In this document: piece after piece, positions 52,480-64,000 of the stretch
How positions within the stretch are numbered: position 1 is the stretch's first letter
How the letters are laid out: every line of letters begins with the position of its first letter
Notes under the pieces: model-generated
Databases searched by the model: none
Seen by the model: only the letters and a program-made list of their open reading frames with translations
What the model was told of the DNA's origin: nothing
Translations under genes and position numbers: made by a program
Source: Sphagnum compactum
Taxonomy: Eukaryota
Length of the DNA stretch: 64,000 bases
Assembly: GCA_965153455.1 (NCBI GenBank)
Contig: OZ234493.1
Span: forward strand, 17,536,213-17,600,212
Reading direction: 5' to 3'

Positions 52480-54560
52480 ACAACCTACATTCATTATAAG
52501 GTTATCAACACTCTTTGCCTGTAAAAGGCACGCATAACTACCAAAGGAGGGCAACTAATGCACTTTGAACTAACCATACCATCCTAGCACAATGGTGAAA
52601 AAAATCATCTGTTTGTTAATGTAAACACCCAAAAACTTATATGGCAATGGAAAACAATGCATCTATCATGTGTTGATCATGGTAAAGTCTTTCATTTGCT
52701 TGAACCACCATCATTATGGCCACCCCATGAGATGAAGGAGCTTGAAAAACCAATTCCACTTGAGTGGGATCAGAGGTGACTATGTTTGCCAAGGTGCAAA
52801 TGTCATTAGTTAATAACACAATGTCAACCTATCAACAAAAAGATTGAAGGGAAAGGGGTGGAGGGACATGGGTTTGCTCACATGAAACATGAAACCATAC
52901 GTTTCTCACATTGGAGGCAAAAGCATTTTGAACCACATCGTGGGATGCGGTCTATCCTCACCATGCGAAAAACGAAAAAATGAATCCCTATAGGATTTAA
53001 AGGTTGGCCACAAATGCAATGGGTCACCTTGAGAACAAAAGGATTGGGGAGGCCCAACCTGGTGCACAACATAGAGAAGAAAAACATTGAAGGGTAGGCG
53101 AAAAGGTGGAATGATTGGGTGAGCAAAAAACCAAGCATGTGTGGTGGAAATCAAAAGTCATGTTAGAATTGAAATGATGTTGGAGAATGATTGGTCGTGT
53201 AATCTATCTAAAATGCTCTCTTGAAGCTCATTTGATCTCTTTTTAGCAAACTACATGAAAAAGGGAATACATGTCATTATGTTTGAGGGAAGGAGCTCAC
53301 GTGCCAACCTCAAATGGGCTTAAAAGGGGAGTGGATTAGAATTATTGGCACCTATCACCTCCAATAAGAATGGGCGATGATCTAATAAGAATTTGGCAGC
53401 AATGAGAAGTGCAATTATAAATGCCCAACTCCTTAGATAGGCCACCAACACAATGAACTTTGTGGAAATGAGGTTGATCCCCCCACAAAAGATGGGGAAG
53501 GAAACCTATTGTCACACTAAGGGGGCTTGCAAACAATTCGAAGAACTTGGGCTAAATAGTTTCCCAACAATGTGCATGAAGGTCGAGTTGAAATAAGTGA
53601 GTTAACGCTGAAAGATCGATAAAGGAGGGAAACAATGGAGCACACAAAGAGCTTTGTGGAAATGAAGTTGATTCCCCCACGAAAGATGGGGAGGGAAACA
53701 TGTTGATGCACTAAGAGGGCCTATGAGCAATCCAAAAAGTCTAGGTCCAAAAGTCTCCCAAATTAATGCATGAAGACCAAGTCAAAATAAATGAGCTTGC
53801 ACCAAGTGAGCTTGTGCCGAAAGACCAATAAAGGAGGGAAACAATGGAGCAAATAAGTGGGTTTTTGGGCAAAACATCGAGAAAAGATCCCAAAGCAATT
53901 TGGACATCCTCCAACCTCGGAAGCCCTTCTCCATGGTGAACATCTTTGTTAATGCATCTTGCTTAAAAGAAGAAGAGAAAGAAATAGACCTAAACAAAAC
54001 ACCTAAAACCTTGATGTCATCTAACAAGTAACAAAAATTGATGAAAAAAAGAACCATGAGGTATACCAAAAGATGACCAAGCCAAACCTTTACGAGGCTA
54101 GACCACGAGCCTTACAAAAACCAACTATAAAACAAAATGGTCAAAAGCACGATGAAAAGATAGAGGTTGGGCCAATGATGTGAGTGTCATCCACAAGGGA
54201 AGGGGGAATACAAACGGGAAAAACCCCCCCACAAAACATTGCAATGCACAAAAATGGGCCAGCACAAAAAAAATTTATTAACAAGCGGATCGCTTTCACC
54301 CATGATCTCCAAAGAATGGATGATCAACAAATCTCCCAAAATGGAATGGTGGCTAAAGAAAAAAGGAACATGTTGGGCATAAAAGGACCAAACAAAGGGG
54401 AAAACTTAAAACAATTAGCCTCTTGTGATGAAAAGTTCTTGAAAGATGATTTTTCTAAAGATAATGTTGAAAGCATTTGCAACATCCACATGTAGTACCA
54501 CCCAATTGAAATGGATGCTTAAAATAGTTCAAACACTAAACACCACCACCTTGCACCCCC
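52480..54560 (-). mobile_element. Decayed non-LTR retrotransposon with RT, zinc finger and restriction-like endonuclease (CRE/RLE type)
   Basis: Minus-strand motif order: VDVANAFN (about 54465-54490), a DPL remnant, PSLVDDTHII (about 54175-54205), LPIFRGG, TRLGLP...CICGQPL...GIH, VDIVL...ANIVTSDPT, ERLY and AI*VFGCLH. Heavily frameshifted. Confidence 0.75.
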
Positions 54561-56088
54561 CTAACTATCACGCCAAATTGGTGAAATGACAAATGAATGA
54601 AAAAAACATCACGAATTTATTAGCATAAAACTCTACTCACTAATTAGTATAAGACCTCACCCAGTGCAATTGGTTGAATGTCTCCTACTCTTTCTTTGTT
54701 AATCCTTTGTTTTTACAATACAAAAATTTGTAATCATTCTTGTCTTTTATTAAAAAATTCAACTTTAAAAATCAAATTATTATTATTATTTTTTGATATC
54801 TAGTTGTGGAAATTTATTTTTAAAAATTAACATTTCTCACATAAATTTGTGAGAACCATTTTCATGATGATCGAATGGATTTATATATTTTTGAAAATTG
54901 AAACCTTAGTCAATTCTCTATTTAAATAAATACATTAAATATATTTTAAATAAATAAATAGATTATTTTATTTTATTTTCTATAATTAAAAAAAAGACTA
55001 AGTTGATTCTTAAATTATGTTTTCTAAATTGGAATAGATGGTTCTCACCCAAAAAAAAAAACCCCTTTCCCAACGCTAGTTTGGACCTTGTCCACCTTGG
55101 TTGTTTAGTTATAATCCCAACCAAAATATCAAAAAAATATTACACTTTAGAAACATACCCATACTTTTAAAAAATTTATGAAATCATACCTTAATTCTTT
55201 TGTAAATGAATAATAATCCTTCGGTTGAGTCCTAGTGATTATCTCCCATACTATTCAATGATATTCCTTTTCAATTTTTTGATGTTGTATAATTGGCTAG
55301 CATCCCATGAAGGATTTGGCATTAATGATGACATGTTTGTAGAAGTTGTCTAAATATTTTTACAAATGCTATCAAACTAATTTCAGAGTCTAATTGTGCT
55401 TTTTTAAAAATTCAAGAATTATTATTTTTTGAAATATGATGATTTTTTCAGAAACAAATGAGAACATTGCAATGGAAAATTCCCATTTATTTTCATTTTC
55501 CCCAATTTGGCAAAATTTCACTCAAAGAAAAAACGTTGATACTATTTGGGCAAAGTTGTCACAGTAATGTACCTATTGAGGAAGATTGTTTGTTTGTTTT
55601 TTTCTCACATTGAGATCTCTGAAACAATGGCACCCCTTGTGCAATTGGTACCATTGGAAAGGTCCCAATGAGTACCTTATCAAGGCCACTACCTACTGTG
55701 CAAGAGTTACCAAATATTGAACAATTTTGTCATTGAAAATTCAATAACATCCAAAGCTAAGAATTTAGGGAAATTGAGGTGCTCTTTTGGTATTGTAGCA
55801 AAAGTCCTCAATGCAGATGATTTGGTAAATTTTAAACATAAGGTGCAAGGGATAGTGAATTTCAAGTAAGCTTTGTCACTGCAAATTCAACTAAGTTACA
55901 ACTACTGATTTTGAAAGGAGAAATTAGTTAAGCAAGGAATTCACACTTGGTGAAAGGGCATAATCCACACTAATAAACTATTATGAAATAGAATCAATAA
56001 ACACATTTAAAAACTATCTAGCAAGGTCCATAAATTTTCAATTAATTGATTTTTATTTATTGTTAGAACTCATAGGAAGACAAAATAA

Positions 56089-56460
56089 GGCCCACTTTAC
56101 ACAAGGAGTCGAGGGGAATGTTCAACTCAAATCAAGCATTCCTATTGGTGTAAAAGTTGAAATCAGCCCCAAGGGCTTTACACTGGGAGTCAAGCCTAAA
56201 ATCTTTTCAACCTACCCCAAGTTACTAATAAATGCTGAACTTTGTGGCCTCGTATTGGCCCCAAGGCTAAAGAAGGTTCAAGGATACCTAGGAATTTGGG
56301 AACCCAATTTGCAACCCTTAGGGCCGATGTTCCAGCATTTATTAATATCCTGGTCAATGTTCTTGCATTTATTAGTAACTGTGGGCCAAACAACAAGCCA
56401 AAAATGCTCAAAAATGGCCCCAAAGTTTTTTCAGCCCTTACTCCTAGTGTAAAGGGAGCC
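56089..56460 (+). mobile_element. PIF/Harbinger (Tourist-like) MITE A, 372 bp
   Basis: TIRs GGCCCACTTTACACAAGGAG / CTCCTAGTGTAAAGGGAGCC with a TAA TSD on both sides. Confidence 0.85.
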
Positions 56461-56537
56461 TAACATATTTAGGAGTGGAAAATTGATGAAGAGGTGAACA
56501 GGTTCAAGCTTCAAAACCTATGATTTAATAATAATAA

Positions 56538-57156
56538 GGCCCTCTTTACACTAGGAGTCGAGGCCAAAAAAAACTTGGGGCCAACTTTGAGCATTTGTGA
56601 GTTCCAAATCGGCCCCAAGTTACTAATAAATGCTAGAACATTGACGTCAGGATATTACTAAATGCTGGAGCATTGGCCCCACGGGTTGCAAATTAGCCTT
56701 CCAAATTTGATGGTATCCTTCTTTTCAGCCTTCGGGGCCAATACAAGGCCATAAAGTTCAGCATTTATTAGTAACTTGGGGCAGATTGAAAAGTTTTTTT
56801 CTATTTCAGCCTTGACTCCTAGTGTAAAGCCCTTGGGGCTGATTTCAACATTTGCGCACCAATAGGAGTGCTGGATTTGGGTTGAACATTGGCCCTGACT
56901 CCTAATGTAAAGCCCTTGGGGCTGATTTCAACTTTTGCACCAATAGGAATGCTGGATTCGGGTTGAACATTGGCCCTATCTCCTAGTGTAAAGCCCTTGG
57001 GGTTGATTTCAACATTTGCACCAATAGGAATGCTGGATTGGGGTTGAACATTGGCCCTGACTCCTAGTGTAAAGCCGTTGGGGCTGATTTCAACTTTTGC
57101 ATAGGATTGCTGGATTCGGGTTGAACATGGGCCTGACTCCTAGTGTAAAGCGGGCC
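56538..57156 (-). mobile_element. Tourist-like MITE B, 619 bp, an inverted copy of A with a 4x ~81-bp subterminal expansion
   Basis: TIRs GGCCCTCTTTACACTAGGAGTC / GACTCCTAGTGTAAAGCGGGCC with a TAA TSD. Repeat units start at 56814, 56897, 56978 and 57059. Confidence 0.88.
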
Positions 57157-57352
57157 TAATACTATAATAATAACAAATAGATATCGTACGAATTTGTGAC
57201 CCATTTTCTTTTGTGAGTCGTGACCTGTTTTTGTGATTTCGCTGCGAAGACGAACAAAGATGAAGGCCACCGGCGTGGTACTTAGCATCGTGTGCTCCGC
57301 TGCACGGCACTTCGAAGCTCATCGTTTGTAAGAGATTCGGAAAGTCGGAGAG

Positions 57353-57376
57353 ATGGAGCCTTCTTTAATGGCGTAG
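57353..57376 (+). promoter_or_regulatory. Putative uORF (MEPSLMA*) created by a ~96-bp tandem duplication of the ABIL start region
   Basis: 57285-57365 duplicates 57381-57462, including the ATG context gagagATGGAGCCTTCTT. The upstream ATG is in frame with the main ATG and ends at TAG 57374-57376. Confidence 0.55.
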
Positions 57377-57448
57377 GTCGCATCGTGTGCTCCGCTGCCG
57401 GGCGCCTTCGAAGCTCCTCGTTCGTAAGAGAGTCGGAGAGTCGGAGAG

Positions 57449-60400
57449 ATGGAGCCTTCTTCGATGACCTACGACGAAGCCGAAATGCAGCGGAGCCATC
57501 ACTTCATGCAGGCCTTGAAGGTATGAGCAACAAAATACCCAAAAATGAAAAAATAAAAATAAAAATCTGCACATAATATTTTTTTGCCACTTCTTCTTTT
57601 TGTGTTTTTTCTTCGGAATGCCTGAAGCTCCCTGTCTAGCTCTTTGTCTTTGTCTATGTGTCTCTCGATTGGTGTTGTATTTCCTTGGATTCTAGGCAGA
57701 TATGGTACCGTAGTGACCAGATTTTGTTTCCTTGAGTGTGTGCGGCAAATTTTGGAGGCTTTTTTGGTTGTTGAATCATTATTCTTGAATAATAAGAGGA
57801 AGTGAAGCGTTGACACCTGTGGACTGAAAAGAGAAGGATAATGAAGTACACTTGCGGTAATGGAGGCCACCTAGATAGGGTTTTTTACGTCTTGAAACAG
57901 GAATTTCCTTTTGTCTGAATCAGAAAGTGGAGCTAACATGCTGGCATTATGCAGGGGATAGGAATTGAGGGTTTCTCAAATGATAATCCTTGGTCGTTTT
58001 AGTGAAGGGTGTGAAGACCAGATCAGTGCTTGTTGGATGTGGTTATGTGTAAATTTACCAGAACAGGGAGCCAAGAGAGCTGATGAAGATTGGCATTTTG
58101 TTGCCTTTTGATGAGTACTTTTGTGTCACAATAATTTCTTACATGGCATATATATGAAGAATGTCATCAGTACAGAAATGGCACATATCTCTTTGCATTG
58201 GAACTACATTCGATTTTGAGTCCGTCCAGGAATGACAAAGGTGCAGCTACTCTTGTGATACATTAAGTGCCTGGGTGATAAAGACCTAATGACAGAGAAA
58301 GATGACAGATAGTAGCTGGACTGTTGGAATGTGCAGGAGCTTAGGAATCTTCGACCACAGCTTTATTCTGCAGCAGAGTACTGTGAATCTTCCTACCTTT
58401 ATAGTGACCAGAAACAAGTGTAAGCTTTCTGCCTAGTTTTGTGTGCTTGAGTAATGGTATCCAAATTGAATTCAGCAGGAACAAGCTCCACTGGTCTCAT
58501 CTTTTGTTTTCTTTTTATGGATAAAAATTGTGCACACTAGATCTGTGTGCTTGGTGAAACATTTCCTTCTGTTATGCTAAGACATGCACTTCAGATGACA
58601 TTGAAAGTTGCTGAAGGGGTAGGGTTTCATGCCTTGGTAACAGAATGAGCTGGTTGTATATGACAGCGTGCTTGAAAATTTGAAGGACTATTCTGTGAAG
58701 GCATTGGTGAATGCTGTTGACCACCTAGGAACAGTTGCATATAAGCTTAATGATCTTCTAAATCAGCAGACGGCTGAAATCTCTTCTGTTGAGCTTCGAG
58801 CAGCATCTCTAGCTCAGGTGAGTGAATTCCTGGAACACAAATGAACTGCAAACGAAGCCCCCAAGATCAAGTATTTCTCCGATTTAGCATTACCCAGGGC
58901 ACATGGCTCTATCAATTCCAAAACCAACATGCTATTGTAGTGAGATTTTGCTTGAAGGTTATGAACCCAGGTGCTTACAGAACTTGTGAATTTTCTGATT
59001 GAAAGTGGATGCCATCCTTGATGTTGACCATGTTGGAGATGAAATGTGGTGTTTGTGTAGCGGATGCGGTCATGCCAAGAGCATTCAGATCGTGAAGGCT
59101 TGAAGCAACAGTCATTGGCAAAAACCATGCATGTTAACCACAAGCATTATGTTCTTCCAGGTACTTCACTTTCTCCCCCTCCCCTTTTGCAGAGTAAGGG
59201 TGCAGACACCTGTGGTCAAATCACCATGGGTCAACAACTGCATAATCTGTCGGAAAGTTATGATTTCCAAATGAGGCAGGTTCTTTTGCCCATACGTTGG
59301 AAGGATTGTGATTGTAATATATACTATGGGAATGTACCTTGAAGATGAATCCTGGTTGGATTTCAACTTCTCATGGTCAGTAAGAAATATGCCAACTGAG
59401 TATGAAATATACTGGCCAGGTTCTTTTCCTGTTGCTACATGATTTCATGTTTGAGTGGGGTTGAGCAGCTTAACCTGTACAGGATCTCTGGGTGAACTTG
59501 TAACTCTAGTTTCCAAGCACCCAAAATCTAAATGTTTGATCTTTCTACATGCCACAAATTGAACCTCTTTAACTTGCCAATGAACAAGAGTTTATTCCCA
59601 GTCTGAGTGGTGGTTTGAAATCTGAAGCTAGCCAGCTTTGTAGGTCTACAGCAACTTGGTGTCTGCAGATTATACAGAGAATACCCAGAGTTCAACTTAT
59701 GGGTTGTGATCCCAGTGGACTGTCCTAGGATACTGTGCTCAAAGGCCTGGGGCATGTCCCTAATCTCTCACAGGCTTCTGACTGTAGGATAAGCCAATAT
59801 CCATGGTTTCAAAAGAATTTCTTAATGATACATAAGCTTTTTACACAGATCCATATGCAGCAGGAGAGCAAAGTCCAGCAATTCTCAGGGAGACATTTGA
59901 TACAAACCAACCACGGCCTCTCCCACCAACCCGGATTCAAACAGAAGCCCATCCCCTTCCATTACCAAAACCACTTGTTCTCTATCAAGACCCTCTGCCA
60001 TCAGCTGATTCTGCAGGTACCATCCTCCCTTGGTTTTCTCTACATCATGTAAATTGTCAGAGCACAGACATGTTTTCCGAAACCGGCCTTTTGTGAGGTG
60101 TATATATTAACGGTTGCCAATAAGGGAGGTGGGTTGTGCTATGTGGTCTTAGAGTTCATAACCTAAGTTTTTTGGAAGTACCACATTAAACACAAGTGAG
60201 AACAAACCTCACTGGCTTACTGTTTCAGGAACACTAAGTCCAGATACTCATCCAATTCTTTTAATTTTCTCTCTGTGGTGTAGTTGCTAATAAGAATGGC
60301 CAATAACTGAGAGCATTGGTGCAGTTGGTACAAACAGGTCAAAAACTGCAGAATGGCATTTTGCATCAGATGCAGCTCCTGTTGATTCTACACATGGTAG

Positions 60401-61880
60401 TGTCACCAGGTACAGTGTAATAGAACTTTTGTTTCTTCTGAAACTGTCATTGTCTGCTTGCTGATTCTAAGGTTTGCTTGCTGATGACTGGATGCCTGCA
60501 GAAATTATTATGGCAAATGATCACCATCAATTCTTCATGCTCAAATGAACCCCCTGCCTTTCATTTACGGTCTCTTGAGACATTAAATCCTTTTTTATTT
60601 TCACTTACAAGACAGCCCTTAGTGCTTCACTTGGCAAAGGAATTAAACGACATATATGTGGCATTTCCTCTAGGAACTGTTCAACTACTTCTTTGTCCCC
60701 TTAATGAAGTGTCAACCTTGCTGTGGGTTTTTTCTTCATCATGAGAATGGAGATTTCTATATTCTTATGAAAGATACCTTTTTTGCTGCTTGCTCACTGT
60801 GGTTATTATGGGATGGTATAAATGTTATAGGTTGGGTCAAGAACCAGTTCCTTCAGCTACAAGGGCAAGCATGCTAGAAACTTCACTTTCAATGCGCTCC
60901 TTTCTCACTTCCTTTAATCGTAAGCTCCCTCGATTGAAATCCCCAAGGTGAAGTAAGATTTTTCTTGTCAGTAGCATGTACCAGTTAGGCTTTTAGACTT
61001 GGGTTGAATTGCCACTTAAAGTTACATGTCCAATTGCAGTGCACATTCAGACTTGTCTCGACTAATATGGTGTGGAACACATAATATAATTCTGGATGTG
61101 ACTTGGTTTGGCAGAGACTGGTGACCAGATGCGAACGACAATGGATGCTGACTTATCAACTTCCAATTCTCAAAGATTGGAAAAAGTAGGCATGATGAGG
61201 TCTGGATCATTTGCACCCACCAAATCTGCCCCTCCTGTTCCTGCAAAGGCAAGTTCTCTGTCCTTCTGCCTTTTGCTACTCAGACATATCCCATTGATTC
61301 CTTATTCAAACAAGGGTCTTCATGTTTCCATATCACAGCTGATAATACATAATCTGGCTTGTAACAAAGCAATGATCTTGGAAATAGCTCATGGGAATAT
61401 GACTTGTGGATGCTCATTTCTCTTGGTGGTTGTCAAGGGCTGAGCGTGCTCCTACATGTCCTTACATCTCCAAGCCAGCAGCAACATACTTGAACAACTC
61501 ACTGCACACTCCTGATCTAGTGTTCCCACACTTTCTTCTGGGTCCTTGAGTTCTCAAAGAGTACATATGTTTTGGAAGCATTTCTGACCATGGTTAACTC
61601 CACGTCTTTTGGATCTAGATCCTTCAGACACATGGTCATTCCTGAGATTGGGAACAGTTGATAGCTCAAGATCATGCAACTCATGTTATGTTGTGGGCTT
61701 CTGATGGTGTAGAGCATTGCATTCACCCATTCCACAACCGTGCTCCCAATTCAAACACTCCCTGAAAATGGGTTGACAGAAAATTCAAGGCCTGCTCCAA
61801 CCCGCAGCAAAAGTCTGTTGCGCTCATTGCTTCAGCGACAAAAATCTTCATCATCATCAAAAACCACCAACGCTAGTTAA
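57449..61880 (+). CDS. ABIL: ABI-like (Abl interactor-like) SCAR/WAVE complex subunit; exons 57449-57520, 58337-58419, 58667-58817, 59061-59160, 59849-60016, 60325-60409, 60831-60919, 61115-61248, 61713-61880; about 349 aa
   Basis: MEPSSMTYDEAEMQRSHHFMQALK|ELRNLRPQLYSAAEYCESSYLYSDQKQV|VLENLKDYSVKALVNAVDHLGTVAYKL...EGLKQQ...HKHYVLP matches the plant ABIL N-terminal domain. KTAEWHFAS and the C-terminal PTRSKSLLRSLL also fit. All exon phases are consistent, totalling 1050 nt. The 3' exons are less certain. Confidence 0.9.
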
Positions 61881-63689
61881 CAGGCCAGAAGGCTCTTCTA
61901 TTCAGAAATCATATGGTATAGCAGCTCTATAAATATATTGAGGGTGGCAATAGTCCATAATGGGGAAAGAGGGAGGTTGTTTTGCTTCCCCTATTCCTAC
62001 TACTACTATACAGCTTTCTTTCTCAGTCTCAAAACAGACCAAGAATGCCTCCATGTATTCTGGAGGGCCACTTTCTCTCATCTGTGCAGTGTGGACCAAG
62101 AAGAAGGGATCATGAGTTTGGACCAAAAGGATTCAAATTGCAGTTTACCTGGTCTTGGCATCTAATGTAAATGCTATGCCCAACACCAGGTACTATCATA
62201 TGTGATCACCATGAAGCATAAGTAGCACTCCACAAACTGGCAAGTGACCAGTATACACGTTCTACCATAGTTACTGCTGCTGGTCTTGCCAATTTGGTGG
62301 CTTCATATTAGAAAGGTGGCCAGCCATAGCAGGTTTTCTACTGCAGCTATCCAGGGCAGAGCACAACAGCTCTCAATTCTCATTTGCCAATTGTTGTCTT
62401 TTGATGACTTCACAGAGAAACAGTGTGGGGTAGATAAAAAAAACAGTCTGCTACTTTTCGTGTTGGTTGTCACTAATGAAATTCACAAACGGTGAAGTTT
62501 GTTTGTTTGTGTTTCTTTTGGTGGAGGTGGAAAGTGGCATATGGAACATGGAAACAGAATGCAAGGGTCCTTGTGTATGTGATTGAAGCAACTGCATCAC
62601 AATGCTTATAAACTGCACCTAGGAATATGCATTCCAGGACACTGGGTTTTCTATGTTGATGGATATTTTGCAATCACTGCTGGTAACTGTCTTGTGCTCC
62701 TCCTTTTGTCACCTACTTTCACCCATCCAAGGTCACCACAATTCCCATGCAGGGGAGATTCAATGTCGTCTTGTAGCATGCCAAGATTGGCATGCTTTTT
62801 TTTTGCACAAAACCAACCGTCCATAACCAGACAGCCAAAAATGGTGTTCATCCATAAGAATTCAGGCATGCTTCTCTATTTGTTTCTACCTAATGAAGAA
62901 ATGTGGTGATTTCTATCAAAATTTTATTGATAATCTGGCAATATAGAAGCCCACCAAATCAGAGATTTTAGCACTTTGTATTTCTTTTTCGAATTCACCA
63001 CATCATGTATTTTGCACTAATAAAACTGTCCATTCCTAGTATTTCTGTAAGGGTGGATATAACTACAGAAGCTAAAACAAATTAGAACAACTCAACTACT
63101 CAGGAATCAAAATTTTACAAACAAGATTTGAACTAAACAAAATAATCAAGGAATTTATTTATTTTGAAACCTGTTATGGGTCAAGGATGAATGTCAGAAA
63201 AAAACATTAAAGTTTAATTTTTGGATTACCGGGATTGTTATTTGTACTATTTCCATTGTAATGTTTTGGATCTTTTCCTGTTCAAAATTGCATACATATG
63301 CAAGGCTTGAGTTTTCAAGTTACACCACATCAGGTCAGTTTGGCATTTATGCATCGAATTGAACACCCAAATGCATGTGCAATTCTTCAACACAAAAACA
63401 ATTTTCCCAACAACACTGTATTGGCATGCAAAAGTTAAGATTGGGGGCACCTACCAGGAATCAAAGGACAGAGACAATCTCAATGTTGTCTTTGATCTGT
63501 TTGGAGGAGAAAATGAACATGCATATTCAATTTACCCACACACACCTCCACTTCTCTTCCGCACACAATGGTGATGTTGAGACATCACTTTTTTCACATT
63601 CAAACAACAATAGTAGGGTCTCTGGTACAGACTGTGACAATGCCACAGATATTCAAGGTTTCACTTCAATATGGATATAACTAGGTCTT

Positions 63690-63855
63690 CTAGAATTGGT
63701 AATTCTCGTTGCTATAGACGTAGTCTTCCATACTTATGAAGCTGCAGAGGACAGTTTCACATTTAACAAATTGAAGGTAAAATGTTGTCATTTCCCGAAT
63801 GACATAGTATAAACCAGTGCACTCGTCGTTGCAAATTAGACTTTAAAGTCATTAT
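63690..63855 (-). CDS. Possible last two exons (63855-63815, 63741-63690) of an unidentified gene extending beyond the window
   Basis: CAG acceptors, a GT donor and a 73-bp intron give a phase-consistent peptide IMTLKSNLQRRVHCFISMEDYVYSNENYQF*. I recognise no family. Confidence 0.3.
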
Positions 63856-64000
63856 CTGCTACAGCTTTACGGTTTAAACAATTGAGGCAGAAAATGGTGT
63901 TATCTGTCAATTGCATATGTACAAACAATCTGCTTTTTGCCTACTGAATGCTAATGAGGAAAACTCAAGCAAACTACATCAATCCATATGTACACAAGCA

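Noticed and set aside
57292..57576. 94-aa ORF with a duplicated SSSFVR.SESRRDGAFF motif
   Set aside because: It is the wrong frame of the ABIL 5' duplication; the ABIL-homologous frame starts at 57449.
58178..58219. ATG in ABIL intron 1 as the start codon
   Set aside because: It terminates after 13 codons, and the homologous first exon is 57449-57520.
62500..62900. Cys-rich minus-strand reading downstream of ABIL
   Set aside because: It is interrupted by stops and has no clear domain or exon boundaries.

Overview
Eukaryotic, AT-rich, intron-containing land-plant DNA. The PLS-PPR, TPR and repeat families resemble those of a bryophyte such as Sphagnum; this is my inference and was not tested. 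Two genes can be fully spliced by eye: a 3-exon family-1 UDP-glycosyltransferase (8078-10244, +, about 514 aa) and a 9-exon ABI-like/ABIL SCAR-WAVE subunit (57449-61880, +, about 349 aa). The rest is largely pseudogenes and transposons. These include a TPR-array pseudogene next to a young solo LTR, and two head-to-head PLS-PPR pseudogenes, one ending in an E/DYW domain and split by a Helentron-like insert and nested CACTA elements. There is also a non-autonomous Helitron, hAT elements with 8-bp TSDs, a pair of Tourist-like MITEs forming a roughly 1-kb hairpin just upstream of ABIL, a decayed RLE-type non-LTR retroelement and several minisatellites. I found no convincing wholly new biological system. 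The most notable observations are the non-canonical UGT PSPG box, the ABIL 5' region (MITE hairpin plus a duplication-born uORF) and the Helentron/HINE-like family.
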